DNA of 64,000 bases, taken from Basidiobolus meristosporus CBS 931.73 (lineage: Eukaryota; Fungi; Basidiobolomycota). The notes beneath the pieces were generated by a model. It saw nothing but the letters and a program-made list of their open reading frames with translations, had not been told where the DNA came from and ran no database searches. Each line of letters begins with the position of its first letter. Within the stretch, counting starts at the first letter, position 1. The position numbers and the translations under genes are program-made. Positions 63,410 to 64,000 of this stretch are shown one piece after another. Location of the stretch: contig MCFE01000145.1 in assembly GCA_002104905.1 (NCBI GenBank), positions 1 to 64,000 of the forward strand. The letters run 5' to 3'.

Positions 63410-64000
63410 AATGTGGGGCGTTCTGGAAAAGGGTGTTGGTGTGGTCTGGACTGACATGCGCTGGCGCGCTGTGATTGCAAGAGATGGTAGGGAATCCAGC
63501 AAGGCGTGCTGGCGCAATCTGGACAATGTTGCTCATGGTCTGTATCCTTCCTCCTGAAGTTCACCATCTGATTCCTCAAGGTATTCACTTACCCTCTGTC
63601 TGATACTTTGGAGCTGTTGCCTGGATGAATCCTGTGTATATTTCTCTCAGAAGCCACTTAGCTCTACTAATATATCATGTAGTACATTAGTCATTTAAGG
63701 CAAAACTCATTCAAAATTTGCTTGGTTCCCAAAGTTGAGGCACAAACAGACGCATCCAGCCCATACTGTGCAAATTGTGCGTGAAATTGTTCCTGCGTGG
63801 CTTCTTTGTCAAATCCCCTCACTCTCAGCTCATTCTTGATTTCAATACTTGTCTTGTTATATATCTTCTTACATACATTGGCTGGCATCTTGATGTAGAA
63901 CTCATGCCACAGCTTTCTACTCAAATTCTTCCATCTTTGTCAACTCTCTGAGGTATCTAGTTCTGCTAGATTAATCAGTAGTGCCCAAATATCTGTCTGA

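Larger units (their letters stand above)
35700..64000. other. CpG-depleted nested transposon domain (right flank)
   Basis: About 17 CG between 36.0 and 46.2 kb by hand count. No intact host genes. The only clearly CpG-rich stretches are the left end and ORF2 region of the PHIS copies. Confidence 0.9.
60365..64000. mobile_element. Second copy of the two-ORF PHIS element (runs off the window), interrupted by a solo LTR and a foldback MITE
   Basis: Left TIR AGACTTGTTCC preceded by AAT. Sequence at 61475-62675 and 63410-64000 is collinear with about 48200-49990 but CpG-eroded. Confidence 0.9.

Noticed and set aside
42865-63411. Recurring short ORFs (MGIEYQM..., MEALLVRNTQ...)
   Set aside because: They recur only because the MITE arms and LTRs are repeated; lengths and stops differ between copies and there is no domain signal.

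Overview
Eukaryotic DNA, almost certainly fungal: short GT-AG introns of about 50-90 nt and SHO1, YAH1 and GTT3-like genes. An early-diverging lineage is plausible but is inference. The window has three domains. (1) About 1-6.05 kb is a repeat domain almost free of CG dinucleotides. It holds a decayed MFS drug-transporter gene, a solo LTR and a CACTA fragment. (2) About 6.05-35.7 kb is a CpG-normal gene island: LURP-one-like pseudogene, sugar porter, Mid2-like membrane sensor, RasGEF, PfkB/LacC-type kinase, two GPI-type proteins, NME6-like NDP kinase, GTT3-family membrane protein, SHO1 and YAH1 ferredoxin. (3) About 35.7-64 kb is a nested transposon graveyard with heavy CpG->TpG/CpA decay. It holds CACTA, Ty3/Gypsy and Ty1/Copia remnants, two more solo LTRs and a PIF/Harbinger-like (PHIS) family. 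The PHIS family has a 3.4-kb two-ORF element with ANT target duplications, four 733-bp foldback MITEs and two 211-bp MITEs. Most striking: the PHIS transposase ORF has no CG at all and encodes all 27 arginines with AGA/AGG, next to a CpG-rich partner ORF; and all three solo LTRs sit in 4-bp target duplications centred on CG. Counts and identities are by hand or eye, and many repeat boundaries are approximate.
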